A stretch of 64,000 nucleotides of DNA. Source: Amoebophrya sp. A120 (lineage: Eukaryota; Protista; Dinoflagellata). Location: the NCBI GenBank assembly GCA_905178155.1, contig CAJINV010000002.1:6974743-7038742 (forward strand), given 5' to 3'. Below, piece by piece: positions 37,212-50,400 of this stretch (position 1 is its first letter; every line of letters begins with the position of its first letter). Both the position numbers and the translations under genes were made by a program. Under the pieces are notes generated by a model, which did not search any database, had not been told where the DNA came from, and saw only the letters and a program-made list of their open reading frames with translations.

Positions 37212-40207
37212 ATGCCGGCCTCATCAAGCAGACCCTCGGCTCGAGAAGTTGCGCCAGCTGCTGGTCGCGCTCCTCTGCTGGAAAACTCGGACGATCCCGT
37301 TGCAACCAGAATAAACCCGACCGGTGAATTATCAGGCGGAAGCTCAACCACTGCTTCCTCATCTTCAGGATCAAAGTCAACGTCATCTTCAAGAAAAACT
37401 GTAACAGGCAGTACGGAAATAGCAAAAGGAAATCAAAACCCGACTGAGGCAGAGGCTGCTGCGTCTCAACTCACTAGCTTTCCGCCACCCACAACGGATT
37501 CTGAAATATCCGACCACTCAGAAGTAGCCCGAATCACCGACATCAACTTTCGGGAACATCAAAACGGCTACCCTTTGTCAGCCAATGTGACGAATGCGGG
37601 GACGAGCACTGGAAGACCAACGCAGCACCCGTTGATAGGTGGCGAGCAGAGACCGTACCCGCGGTGGTTTCAGTTCATACGACGGCATCTGTTCAAGGGC
37701 TGGCTGAGCTCGACGATCATCTTCTTCCTCTTGTTCGTGTTAGTCGACGGGTTGTGGAAGGGGTGGACGAATGAGGAATTTCACTCCGATTTGAAATACG
37801 CCTCCATACCGGTGGTGTCAATACTCTTCACCTGGTGGCACGTGTGGCTCGGTTTGCAGATGTGCTTCTACCCGGTGCAGTTTAAGGTATACTAAAATAC
37901 TTGATATAATTGGGCAGTCGTGGCTTGTTGTATTGCGGAAAAGCGATCAGTAGTACCAGTGGTCGACGAGTAGATGAAGCAACTCCATTTTTTTCCAAAG
38001 CATTTACATTCCCCGCATGCAGCAACGACCGCAAAGAAAATAAAAAACGAACTCAGGGTTGCTTCGAGCCCTATCTTGGGTGGCAGGGGATTGTGCCTCG
38101 ACGAGCGGAGGTGATGGCGAAGCGTATGGGTGTGTCAGGATCGAAATCGACAAAATCGAAATGATTTGTCATGCATAAAATGGATTCCGGTTCGAACCCA
38201 GTTTCTAAGTGGCGCATAACAAATTCTGGCGATGCCTAAATCCAGTTTGTAATGCTGTTTAGGCAAAGAAGACTGATTCTCTCACGCTGCTTTAGCAGCT
38301 CGAGCTATAACCCCAAACAGGCTTACAATTGGCCTAACTTGCCTGCTCTGCAACGCATGTATTTCGCGTCATGCATTTTATGCATCACAAATTTTTCGAT
38401 TTTGTCAATTTCGATCCTGACAGTTCCATAAAGCGGTCTTGTGACATAATGATCGGAAATTTGATCACGATAGAGGAGATCGTGGACAGATTGAAGCTAT
38501 GACTTGCTCAAGCGCTACAATCTCAAATGTTACAATAGAATCTGGAATTTGTGTTGCATGATGAGCATGACAGATTCGTACAGCGTTCCACTTTTTGCAA
38601 CACAAATTTCGCCAGATTGTAGTGGGGTTCGGGGCCCCGGAACTTGTCATGCGCAATGCTATGAGAAATGGCTAGATCTTTATGCACTCTTGCATCACAG
38701 ATTTCCATATTCTATTGTAACGTTTGAGATTGTAACACCTGAACGGGTTATAGAAACCGGACGACTTCTTCGAATCCTTGCACCCGGTGCTGCAAGAGTG
38801 TCACGCGAAGATTCTGCAGAAGATTGGGGAAAAGTACTGGCCAAATCTGTGGAGATTAGTACCGGGAAGCGTGAAGGAGGAGATTCACAAGAAGGCGCTC
38901 GAGGAGAGCGAGCAACTGTATTTTTGGGAGTTTGGTTTTTGTCTTGCAGCCGCAAAAGCTTCCTGGGTTTATATGGTGTCAGGCTGGATGAGCTGCGCAC
39001 AACATTTTACATCATTTCCCCTCGCGCCCTGATTCCATCACAGGTTCGCCCCGATCATGGAGGACTTGAAGCAAAATATCAATTCCATCTTCGACGTGAA
39101 GGAGATGTGCATTTACCAGCTCACCTCCCGGCGGGAACTCCTCGTCGAGCTCTTTCAGAAGATCGGTCAACGCGAGTTTCAGTTCATTCTCCACGTCTCC
39201 GCGGTGATGGGCTTCGTCCTCGGTTGCGTGCAACTCATCATCTGGCTGTTCCTGAAAAGCAACCCGCAGGTCTCGCTCTTCATCCTGCCCACGTCCGGGT
39301 TGATTATCGGCTACCTGACGAACTGGCTCGGGTATGCAATGTAAATTTCCTGTACATGTACAAAATGCATGACAAATTCCGCTAACTTGCAGTGTCCAAC
39401 TTGATGTCATGCTACGCTAGGATTGAAGGCAAGTTTTGTCATGCAGGGACTGCATTTGTACGTGTACAGGAAATTTACTGTGGACATCGGGATCACCATG
39501 ATCTTCAAACCCGTCCGGCCGCACATTTTCTGCTGCGGGTACCTGAACTTTCAGGGCGTTTTCCTGAAACGGCAAAAGCAGGTCGCGCGGGAACTGTCCC
39601 GAATGTTGGCGAACTCGCTGCTACAATCGAAAGAGATGATCGAATACGTAGTGAACCACAATCGGATGGAGGGAGGCTACGGCCGGTTGTTGGAGATGCA
39701 CCGGGAGCACACGCACAAAGCGGTCGATTCGATCATGGGGAAAATGGTGCGGGACGCGGTAATACCAATGACAATCGGGAGTGAAGTGTACACGCAGATA
39801 AAAGAGGACGTCGTGCAGGAGATGCTGCAGGTATGGCGAGGGTGATAATCCTGTATTTGAAGTCTACTTCATGTTCATTTACATTTGCAACACAAAAGCG
39901 AAATCATCAAAGTGATTGACGTTACAGACGCGACGCCGGCTGCAGTTGTTCCATGCAGAAGCTAATGAAGTTGCATCTTGAAAAAACGCAGGTCTTCCCC
40001 CGGTACGCCTCGCAGTTTACGGAGTACGCTGATCGGGTCTTCAGTCTGGAGGAAACCTTGAGAACGCGATTGGGAAACTTGCCACCAGAAGAGTTTGAGG
40101 GGATGCTGCACCCAGTTTTTCAAGAGGACGAATGGATGATCTTGCTACTTGGTGGTGTTCTAGGCGTGTTGGTCGGATTTTTCCAGGGATTGGCCTTGGG
40201 GGCGTAG
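37212..40207 (+). CDS. DUF445-like membrane protein, 7 exons
   Basis: Spliced product has FYPVQF.GC...LGWQGIVPRRAEVMAKRSCD, IGYLTNWLGITMIFKP, FQGVFLKRQKQV, LPPEEFEGMLHPVFQEDEW.ILLLGGVLG; GT-AG introns 37887-38056, 38918-39043, 39831-39991 plus three TIR introns. Confidence 0.85.
38125..38430. mobile_element. Introner-like TIR intron, 306-bp family
   Basis: TATGGGTGTGTCAGGATCGAAATCGACAAAATCGAAA ... TTTCGATTTTGTCAATTTCGATCCTGACAGTTCCATA; perfect DR AAGCG. Confidence 0.9.
38498..38752. mobile_element. Introner-like TIR intron (ATCTCAAATGTTACA family)
   Basis: ~55-bp imperfect TIR; DR GAAGC/GAAAC; join DRLK|PDDFF. Confidence 0.85.
39333..39486. mobile_element. Introner-like TIR intron
   Basis: GTAAATTTCCTGTACAyGTACAAA inverted at both ends; perfect DR TCGGG; join TNWLG|ITMIF; right end is ACA rather than ATA. 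Confidence 0.85.
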
Positions 40208-42554
40208 TTGGTTCTGTAGGCTATTTTGGCGGGTGTGTAAGTAAAGCGCATTTGAAAATCCGCCTCGAGCTCGACACGAGGAATCTAGCAACTCGAGGGA
40301 GGCGTATTCCCCATGTGTTTTAGCTGTATCGTGAATATTCATGTACGCGCTTCTACTACTTGACTCTTATTGTTTGCAAGTGCATCAGGATCAGCAACTT
40401 TGCGGCATAAAAGCTACCTCGTGCTGGTGCTCTCATGCAACAATGACATTTTGCTTTCGGCGTTCGTACCACGCCGAATTTTAATTTGACGAGCAATAGA
40501 CAAGAAATGACCATCAAATGACAAGTAGTCATCTAATGTAATCCGTGTATCGCCGTCGCGTTTTGGTCTCGTCGATGCAGATGAGGACAACTCGCGTCAT
40601 TGCACCGAATAGGCGGCAACTGTGTTTTACGATGTGTTCCAGTCAAGCGCAGTCTCGGTGCGTGTAACATATCTTTGCGACAATAGATACGGGGCCCGCC
40701 TTGATGCAACTTGACGAAATAAATGCCCCCACAGTTGTGCAGGTGGCAACTGCGCGCCATGCCTGGGCGCGTGCCGGCCGGCGCGGCGGCCGGGCCTTTT
40801 TGCGGCCCCGAGCCCTCCAACGGGACGCCACGGCGCCGGCGACTAACGCCGCACGGCCGCGCCTCGCTCTTTTGGCGCGTAGCCGAGCCCCAGCCTCGGC
40901 CAACGCCGAGCGCGCCGCTTTTAGCCCCAGACGCGCCGCCCTTGCTTCGACCGGAACCAAGCGGCCCCCGTGGCTTATTTGCCTCGGCGGGGGGGCGCCT
41001 TTGGGCAAGCGCTCCGCTTAGGGGCGCGGAGGGGCCGCGCCCCACCCAGTTCGGCCGAAGACGCCGATGGAGGGATGGGCCGCCCTTGGGCAGCGTCGCC
41101 CTGTGGCCCGGCCGACTCAAGGCAAGAGCCCGCCGGTTTTTGCGCCTTCTGGCGTGCCGGACGGCCGAACGGGCCGGCCGCGCCCCGCCCGCCGGGCGGC
41201 CCCCCCGGCCGCCGGCCGCGCGCGCCGGCCCAGACTTGCAGCCGCCCGCGCGTTCTGGGGCCGTGAGCTTTCCGCCGCCGCGCCCGCGCCCCGGAAGAAG
41301 ATGGGCGCCGGGGGGGGCGCCGAAAATGATGAAGATAGAAGAGGAAGAAAGAAGCCGAAGATGAAGAAACGGCACGGGCGAAAGAAGGGCGTAGGTTTGG
41401 ACGAAATCGGAGCGCGGCCGTTGAAGAATGGCGCGCCGGGGATGCGCTCGCAGTGTTGCCGGCCCCGGTGTCCGATGTTCACTCAGCCCATCCAAGCCCC
41501 GCGCGTAATGGTGGGGCTTCACAGAGAAGCCAAGCGCTCGGGCGCGACCCGACCGGCTTCGTGGGTATTAGCGCCGTGCCCCCCGCCCCGCCCGTATTTT
41601 CGTAAGTGCCCCCCTGTTGGGCGTGCCGCCCCTTTGTGGGCCACCAAGGGCCCTGCCGGTTGGTGGTGGCTCCGTGTAGCGGGCGGCGCTCTTGGGTGTG
41701 TGTGTGTGGGTTCTCGCCTCCCTCGTCTGTTATCAGTCCGGGCGCCCAGTGCCTGTGTGGCGCCATATATTCTCTGCGCGCGCCCGCCGGGTTTTCTGGC
41801 GCGCCGCCGGACCTCCTTACCGGCCGGCCGCGCACAAATGTATGGGCCGAGTGCCCTTCTCGGCCGCGTCCCCTCGCGGCGGGCCTCGGCCGTCGGGGGC
41901 TCCTCCCATTTGCACGGGACTGCCGGAGCGCCAGGGACAGGCGTGTAAGCGTCGCTCGTCCTGGCTCGGCGGTGATTGTATTGCGTTTATTTCCGCAAGC
42001 CGGGGGTGTTATTTGGCTCCTTTGCCAGCCGAACGTGCTAGCGCTGCAAGTTCTGCTCGCGGCGTGACTGACACTGCTTACCCCGGGTGTTGTGGACAGT
42101 GAAACGCAGCCGGGCCAGGAGGTTGCGAAAGATAGATAGAAAAACCGAAACCGCGATAGGGTCCGGTGCCCTGTCTTGGAGCAGCGTCCACGCGGACATA
42201 ACCATTTGTGGTCGCGCTTGATGTTGCCGCGTGATGTTGTTCGTCCTGTTGCTGTTCGAGAAGGACAAGCAATTGACTTAAGAAAGTAAAGCTAGAGGCA
42301 TACAGAACGAAATTCCATGCGCCATGCTTAGTGCAGGTGCAGTTGTCTCAGAACGGTAACGAAATGCCAAGTCTCGCGCGTGAGCTCGTATTAGATTCAT
42401 GCTTTTTGCATTGTGGATCGGCGCCAGCGATTAAGATTATAGCTGCGAAGCTACAACCAACGAACTAAGATACTCGCGTCAAGAACACGCAGCGAAAAAT
42501 TGCTGCATGCTTGCAGTTGAAGTTAAGTTGCAGTTACAAATTTGATGCTCATCC

Positions 42555-44876
42555 ATGCCGTTGCATCTGAAGCCTGGCCAGCCGGTCCCCCTCGGTCCCG
42601 ATCCGCATTCTTTCGCCGAATGGGACCCCGGCAGCACCGGAGCAGTCGTAACAGAGCTCCGTCTCTCCCTTAGAATCGACTTCGAGAAACAGAACCTGCA
42701 TGGATTTGTCGATTTGGTGATCGGTCGAGGACGAAACGAAAACTCTACTTCATCACCGGCTTCGCAGCCCGACTACGTGGTCCTCGACGTGAATCTAGAC
42801 CACATAGCCGTGCAGGAAGTGTGTATCCTTCGTGAAACGGCCGGCGAAGATGGTCAGGAAGAAGAAACCCCCGCGAAATACGACCTTGGCTACGAGACCA
42901 GCGCGTTCGGAGACGCGATGAAAGTGTACTTTCCTCCACCTCCACCGATAAACTGCATGAATGAAGCTACTGCCACATCAGACGCGCCAGACAAAGCAAA
43001 TAAAATCCTTGCTACCATTCGAATCAAGTACCACACGATATCAGCCACAATAAAACCTCCAGCTGCACCAGCTCCCCAAACACCGACTTCTAAGCGCAAG
43101 ACCGCGTCTGCCGTACAGTGGCTCAGGAAGGAGCAGACGAAAGGCAAAGTTGCTCCGCTAGCCTTTTCGCAGGCGCAGGCGATTCTAGCGCGGTCTTTTG
43201 TTCCCTGCCAGGACACACCGGCGGTGAAGCACAAGCTGGACTTCAAGCTCACGGTAGACACGAGCGCCGAAGAGAGCAAAGAGCTGGTCGCGATTTGCTC
43301 GGGCGAGTTGCAGCAAGACTGGGACAAAACTGTGAAAAGCACACAAGCGAAGCAAAAAACCTTCCACTACCGCCAGGAAACGCCCATTCCCGCGTATCTC
43401 ATCGCCTTCGTCGTCGCGCGCTTTGAAAGGGCGAAGATTGGGGAAAATTCCTATGTTTTCGCAGAGCCGGAGATACTCGATTTCGCGCAGAAAGAACTCT
43501 CCGGGGTCTGCGACAAGTACCTGAAAACCGCTTCCGAGACCGTTTTGCTCGGGTCGCCGTACTACTGGGGAAAAACCTTCAACGTGGCGATCATGCCGAA
43601 CTCCTTCGCGTTCGGCGGGATGGAGAACCCCAACTGCACGTTTTTCTCGGCATCCCTCCTAGCGGGGGACCAGTCCCTCACCACGACTTTAGCCCACGAA
43701 ATCACGCACAGCTGGACGGGGAACTTGGTGACGAACAAGCTACACGAGGATTTCTGGCTCAACGAAGGGTTCACCCGCTACGTGGAGCGGAGGATTCTGG
43801 GCGAGATTTTCGGCGAGGACTTCCGCGAACTCTGTCTTCTCGTCGGCTTCAAGGACCTGAAGAAAAACGTGGATCTACTAACGAGCAACAACCAAGTGCA
43901 TTTCACGGCACTGAACCCAGGACAAACCTTGGTTGGCGTGGACCCGGACGAAGCGTTTTCGCGCGTGCCGTACGAGAAGGGTTCGGTGTTTTTGTTGTAC
44001 CTGGAGCGGGTAGTGCTGCAGGGGAGGACAGAGCTGATGTCAGCCTGGCTGAAGGAGTACTTGGAAGATTTCAAGTTCAAATCAGTGTCAACAGAGGAAT
44101 TTAGAGAGCATTTTATCAGGTATTTTCGGAAGTACGAAAGCAAACAGGATGAGCAGCACGGCACCAATGTTCTTCCGCAGAAGCTCGTGGGGGTGGGCAT
44201 CGATATCGACTCGATTGACTGGGAGAAATGGCTATACGGACCGGGGATGCCGGAAGACGAAGATGTCCAGACTGGTGAAACGCCTCTGATTGCGGCAAAG
44301 GAAAGCGGAGAAGGTCGAGGGGCTAATGCGAATAAGAGAACGAAGATGATTGACGAAGTGGAGAAATTGGTGGAGAAGTGGAAAAATGGGCACGGTGTAG
44401 CTGCTCTTGCAGCAGATGCAGCGCCGCCAGCCATTTCTTGTTCTTTCGTGGAAGACCTTAACTTCATTCAATCCTCCTGGAAAGCGCAGCAAGTCATGCT
44501 GTTTTTGGATTTGCTCATTGAAGCGTTGGACAAAAACGAGTTTCAGCCAACAGAAGAGCAAGCGGCCGCGTTTTGGAGTTTCGACGAAACCAACAATGTG
44601 GAGATAAGATTTCGGTTTCTGTTGTTCAAGTTGAAGGAGTCCGGCGCCACCGCGAGGCATCGCGAAGAATCTCCGGCACTTGAGCCCCGATTGGAGGCCG
44701 CTTTGGACTTGTTTTTCGGACAACACGGAAGGGGAAGCTACGTCAAACCACTGTACTTGCAGTTGAAGAATTCGAATCGGGTGGAATTGGCACGGGCATT
44801 TTTCCTGAAGCACAAAAATTTTTACCAGGACACGATCGCCATCGGATTAGCGAAGTCGTTGGGTGTAGAGGTGTAG
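42555..44876 (+). CDS. LTA4H: Leukotriene A4 hydrolase-like M1 aminopeptidase, intronless
   Basis: DPHSF N terminus, FSQAQAILARS.VPCQDTPAVK, GGMEN, HEITH-x18-E (FWLNEGFT), PYEKG, NVEIRFR, GRGSYVKPLY. Confidence 0.93.
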   Translation: MPLHLKPGQPVPLGPDPHSFAEWDPGSTGAVVTELRLSLRIDFEKQNLHGFVDLVIGRGRNENSTSSPASQPDYVVLDVNLDHIAVQEVCILRETAGEDGQEEETPAKYDLGYETSAFGDAMKVYFPPPPPINCMNEATATSDAPDKANKILATIRIKYHTISATIKPPAAPAPQTPTSKRKTASAVQWLRKEQTKGKVAPLAFSQAQAILARSFVPCQDTPAVKHKLDFKLTVDTSAEESKELVAICSGELQQDWDKTVKSTQAKQKTFHYRQETPIPAYLIAFVVARFERAKIGENSYVFAEPEILDFAQKELSGVCDKYLKTASETVLLGSPYYWGKTFNVAIMPNSFAFGGMENPNCTFFSASLLAGDQSLTTTLAHEITHSWTGNLVTNKLHEDFWLNEGFTRYVERRILGEIFGEDFRELCLLVGFKDLKKNVDLLTSNNQVHFTALNPGQTLVGVDPDEAFSRVPYEKGSVFLLYLERVVLQGRTELMSAWLKEYLEDFKFKSVSTEEFREHFIRYFRKYESKQDEQHGTNVLPQKLVGVGIDIDSIDWEKWLYGPGMPEDEDVQTGETPLIAAKESGEGRGANANKRTKMIDEVEKLVEKWKNGHGVAALAADAAPPAISCSFVEDLNFIQSSWKAQQVMLFLDLLIEALDKNEFQPTEEQAAAFWSFDETNNVEIRFRFLLFKLKESGATARHREESPALEPRLEAALDLFFGQHGRGSYVKPLYLQLKNSNRVELARAFFLKHKNFYQDTIAIGLAKSLGVEV

Positions 44877-47433
44877 TTGTAGCAGGTAGCATGGGAGAAC
44901 GATGAAGTAAGATGTTTTGTAGCTGCGTCTGCAGGAGCGGTGCAGTAAATGTTTAACGACAAAGTGTAAGTACAAGTAACAAGAACTCATGCACATGCAA
45001 ACCTAAGAAATAGAAAACCGCAATCGTAACCAATTAATAACAGCCTGTATCTTGTTTGATAAAGGGAAACAGACTCTGCGTCTGCGAGACAGACAAAGCG
45101 AAAACTCGCATCGGCACTCAAAAGGGAAACTCAGAGTCAAGCCTTATGATTATGAAAGATACAGAGTGATATCCAACTATTAAACATGCCAGTGAACAAA
45201 CTGAAAACTTAAAGCATAGCGTCTCTTCTATCTCGTGCTGCAGCGATCTTTTGCTAACGACCGGCGAAGGACGGTGTTGATTCCGCAATGGATTGGCGTG
45301 CTGTGTGTTCGATTTGAATTCTCTGTCGCGTCCCCTTTTCAAGTGCGCCCGCGGCCGCACTTCTGAACCCCAAAAAAAAAAGAGCCGCCATCGCTCAGAT
45401 GCGCGGCGGCACCTGCTTGCTTCAGTTCCGTGGCCTCGTAGCGGGAGAGGCCCGCCGCTTATGGTTATGCTGGAGAAGGCGCTCGGCGGGGCGCGTAGCT
45501 GTCGAAGGATTTCCCGGAAGGCGGCCGACAAAGGGCGGCGCGCTGCGGAAACATTTCGCAGCCGCGCGGGGTGCCTCCTCGCAAGGAGTGGGTGGCGTGG
45601 TTCTTGTCGTTGCTCGGCCGCCCGGCAGGTGATGCCAGCCGTGGGCAAAGTCTGTCGCCAGGAAGCGAGCCCGCCGCAGGCGATAGGGATAGCGCGCGGC
45701 GTGGTGGCGCAGTCTTGTATGGGGGCCGGCTGACCTCCTTGCGAGCGAAAAAAGCGCGGGCGGGAACTGGTTCGGGGTCGTGCGTTGTGCTAAGGGCCCT
45801 GCCCGCCTCCGCCGGCCTTGCGAGCGTTTGTTGCCCCCACCGCAAGTCGGGCAGGCTTGTGTCGCGCAAGACCAGCCGACGTGACGGCTCGACCCGCATG
45901 CTGAAAAAGCCAATGCTGAAAGTTAAGCTGTGCATTGTCGTAGCAGACACGCAAAAACCCGCGTCCGCTGGTAGACCGGTTTGGATCTCGCAACTTATGG
46001 CGCGTGCAAATTTCGCCGACGAAGAAGGCCCGCCCGGGGGGAAAACGTGACGGACGGGGGGAAGGGGGCACCCCACAACGGCCCGGCGCCGCGGTGCCAC
46101 CGGGACCGACGGCATTCGCGCCGGCCCGGAGTTGGGGTGGGCCCGTGCGTCGGCCCGCGTGGCCCCGCGGGCTGTTTGCCGCCCGCCCTGCGCGCCGGCG
46201 GCGCGCGCCCCTGTCGCGTGGCCCCTCTTTCCTTTGGGCGTGGCTTTGCCGCCAAGGGGGCCCCTGCCCGGCCGGGGCCGGCGTGAAGGAAGGATGGAAT
46301 GGGCATGATCGGGCGGACATTCGCGCGCCTTCGCGATAGGGCGGCGGGCCGGCGGGCCAGCGCCCGGGCAGGACGAGGACAGCGTCGGGACTTTGAAGAC
46401 TGTACAGGACGCGCGCCGCTTTCATCCTGGGCCGGCTTTGGCCAGAAGGATGAGGGCCGGGCCGTCCTTGTTGTGTTCCCGCCCCCGCCCCTGCCTGCTT
46501 GCTTCCGGCCTTTTTTCGCTTCCGCGGGGGCGCCGGCTTTTGTTTTGTTGCTTGTTTGGCTGAGTTAGGCCGGGCGGGCTGCTTGGCGGGCCCGGCAGGC
46601 CCTTTGGTTGGGCGGGCCGTACGTCGCGCGCATGCTTGGGCGCTGCTCCATTGCCCCCATTGGTTGGCCCGCGCCGCGGAGTTTTTTCTTTTGCTTCGAA
46701 ACAGTGGCCGGCTGTCTTTTTGACCACCCAGAACCGCGCGGGCCGCTGCTTTTGCCTGTTTGTTTCGCCGCCCCCCGAGCACTAGGTAGCCGAGGCGCCC
46801 CTATTTCTGGTTGAGAGAGTGGGCGGCCCTTTTGCCCCAGCAGCAAGCTGGCGCAAGCAGCCCATCGGCCGGCGCACGCGGTGTCCGCGAGTGTTTTAGT
46901 GGAGACAACCGTCAGCCCAGTTGTTGGCCCAATGGATGTTGCTAACCCAGCGCCGTGCCTGCGTGCGAAGCGCGTACAAAACGAGAGGAATCCTGTTCAG
47001 CAGATTATGAGGCCGATTGGCGATGGTGATTTGGCGATCCGATTGCGATTGAGCTTCATCATGTGGGGTGGTTTCATTCTCGCTTTGGTTTTTCCACCCT
47101 GACTGCAAATCCAAACGCATCGGGATCAAGGTGGTGCTGTGAGTTTGAATTTGATCAAAGAAAAAGCAAGTTCCCTTTTGATGATAGCTATCGCTGCGAA
47201 GGTGTGTCTGTCCTCCCATCCTGCGAGAAAATGAGAAAGCTTCGCTGTGGTAGTTGTTTCTTCTGCAAGCATGTAGGACCGGTGGCTCTTTGCGTTTTAC
47301 GATGATTGTGGATGTTTAATTTTTTCCCAGAAGTCGAAGAATAAAAAGTTTTAAAGGGACTAAGTACAGCTTACGTATTGATTTACATTAGAGGTTTGTC
47401 GAAAGCAGGAAAATTCGAACTGCTGAAGCTACC

Positions 47434-50400
47434 ATGTCGTCCTCATCCGGGAGCGACTGCGACATCAATATGATCGAAGACTGGAAGATGTCCAATATTA
47501 CCGGACCGTGTGAAGAAGAGAAGTTCGAGAAAACGAGCAACACGCCTTTAAAACCGACCTACGACCAAACTTCCGACAGCGAAAAGGACGTCCAGGCCGC
47601 TTTTGCACAGAAAATGAACCAAATTTTGGCCAAGAAAAACCCAAACGGCACAACGACGCCGCCTGGGCTGGCAAACAAGTCGCCGAAATATTTCAGTATC
47701 AGCACACCGGCTGGAAAAGCGGAAGGTGGAGGAGGACAAGATCGCGATGAAAGCGTGGATCAGGTTCAGCAGACGGCGAAGGAGAGAAACAATACCGCTG
47801 TCCCTTCCGCCCAATCTGAAACTTTTCAACAATCACCAGAGCCGCTTTTTCAGCTGAAGAAAGTCGTCAAGAGAACGAGGCGAAAAAAAGCCAGTCCGCT
47901 GAACGTTGCCTCGCCACCTGGTTTATCCCGGAAGGAGAATTGCGAGCAAGCCACTAAAAGTGTCACGAATAAAGCTGCGGACGAGGAATTCTCCGCGGGG
48001 GAAGCGGAACAAAAGAAAGAGGAGAAGATCGCAGCAACCATTACGAACCAGAGCGAAACCAATCAAACACACGAGAAACTCGATCGTGTGGCGTCACCAG
48101 AGTTAGGCGACCGAGCGGAGCAGGTGAGTGTGGAGCTAAAAAAAGAAGGCCACATCCCAGCTGAAAAAAATTTGATCGAGATCGTCGACCAAGCCGGAGT
48201 GCAAGTCACATCTTCGGAAGGCCCTGAGGCCTCGAGCCCCTCTTCGAATACCGGAAATTGTCCTAGCGATGCACATGTGGATCAGGCAGTGGAGCCAGCG
48301 ACGGGCTCGTCTGCGGCGCTGAATCCGATGCCAGCAGCCTCCTTGAATGCGGAGAGATCATATCAGGGAAACTTCGGGCTGCTGGATTGCGTGGTGGGAC
48401 GTGCGATGCTGGGTTATTTGCTCTACTTCTTTCGGCATCTTCTATCATCAATGGAAGAGATTTGGATTTAAACGAATTTGCTTCATCTTCTCCGTGCGAA
48501 TTTTGTAGGACTGCACGAAGGAGAGCGTGAGTGTGTAAAAGTTGCAGCTTTATTTCGTTCATTCAAGAATGCACTAGCTACGCGAAACTTAGGTTTAACA
48601 ACATTCAGCATAGAAGCGACGAGAGAGCAGGACCAAACTTACGCAAAAGTGAGCTCGTCGTCGAGGAGAATGACGGACTCAAAGTGCCGCTGCTCCCCAG
48701 AACTGCTGTTTCAAATGAGTTTAATGTGCTCGCGAATGATAAAAGAGTTGAATGCAGATGCAAATTTGCCATAGATTTTCTTGCTTGACGCAAGCATGTC
48801 AACAAGCGCACTATGTCGATTTCGAGCGCACATGCGTTGAAGCAGCAGCTCTGAAGTCCATTTTTTTTTGAAGCCTCTTACAACTGGTAAAAGACAAAAA
48901 TTATACTTGATCTTACCCTCTGCACGTCGTCCGACCACGTGCGATCACCAGCCCGCTCGCTTTTTCCTTTCCACTACCCGACCTCCTTTCCCACCGTGAC
49001 CTCCTCCGCCAACCTCGACATTATGGAGGCGGAGCACAAGTACCGGGAGCTGAGCGAGCAGAAGTCGCTGGAGGCTATGCAGACCGAGGAGGAGGTATCC
49101 ACAGAAAAAAAACCATCCACATCCATTTTTTGCATGACAAACACATGACTTGCTCCGTGTTCTTTTGCATGACAGATTGGATGCGGATGGGTTTTTTTCT
49201 GTGGATAGGAAGAGAAGTTGGCGGAGCAGGAGTTGGAAAAGGTCCGGAAAATGCAAGAGGAACTGGAGAACAAGATGCAAAAACTCCGCGAGTCCGCGGA
49301 ACGGAAGAAGTTGGAGGCGGCCACCGCGGCGAAGGAGGCCGATCGGCTGAGGGAGGAGCAGGAGTTGAAGCGGAAGAAAGAGTTGGAAGAGTTGGAATTG
49401 CAGCGGAAACTGGAAGAAGAATTGAAAGAGAAGAAGCGGCAGGAAGCGATTTTAGCGAGACAGAAGGAACTGGAGGCGAAAAAAGCAAAATTTGCGCAGA
49501 AGTTTTTTGAAGACATGAAGGCGAAATTTGCAGCGGAGGTGGAAAAATTTGAGGAGGAAATCGAGGAGACCTCTGAAGCCGTTTTGGCCGAAGAAGAAGT
49601 CCAGGAATCACAGGAGAAGAAACATGCTTCACTCACCAGCACCTCTTCTCCAAAACCAAAGCTGCATGAGGATCAAGAGAGTGCCAAAGTTGATGAAGAT
49701 GAACATGATCCCGCTGCGGCTACTGCTTCTGGTGTCAATGAAGCTGGTGTCGTGCGAGGCACGAGCACCAACAGCGCGGACAAACAGGCTGAGGACGACG
49801 TGGTCGATGCGGAAAATAAAAAGGACTCTCCTTCTGCCACCAAAAACGTCACACCGACGACGGAACAGGATGACCGCAATGAAACTCCTTCCTCCTCGAT
49901 CAACAAATCCACGGTGCAAAACCAAGCTGCTGCTGCAATTGGCAACAAGACTAGCGTTGATAATACCACTGCTGTTGTTGTTCCAATCGCAGATGTTGTT
50001 GACGAGAACAAGGAGGACCAAGTCGCTAGCTGTATCGCAAAGCTCGTCCATGAGCACTGGCAGGAGTATTTCAAAATCGCACCGAAAACCGTGATCGAGG
50101 AAAAGGTTGTCGTTATCAACGCGCCGCCCCCCGCTTCTCCACCGCCGGCGGATCACCGGAAAAATACCAATTATACTGCCGTGGAAATGCAAATTGTGCG
50201 GGAACGGTTGAAGGCCAGCGCGCGGCGGCAGCAGGGCGGTCATGGCGGGGGAAGGAAGGGTTTTGGGAAACAAGAAGCTGGCGCCAACAGTGCGTCTTCT
50301 TTTGTAGAGTCCCCAGCAGGTCCAGCAAGTAGTACACCGGGGGCGGCGCACAGCCAGCACGCAGTGTCGTGTTGGGACGGCATTGGGTATGGAACGAGCA

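Noticed and set aside
48350-48950. Exact introns linking ORF 47434 to the helicase
   Set aside because: Several donor/acceptor/frame combinations are possible and no clean DR/TIR was found; left unresolved
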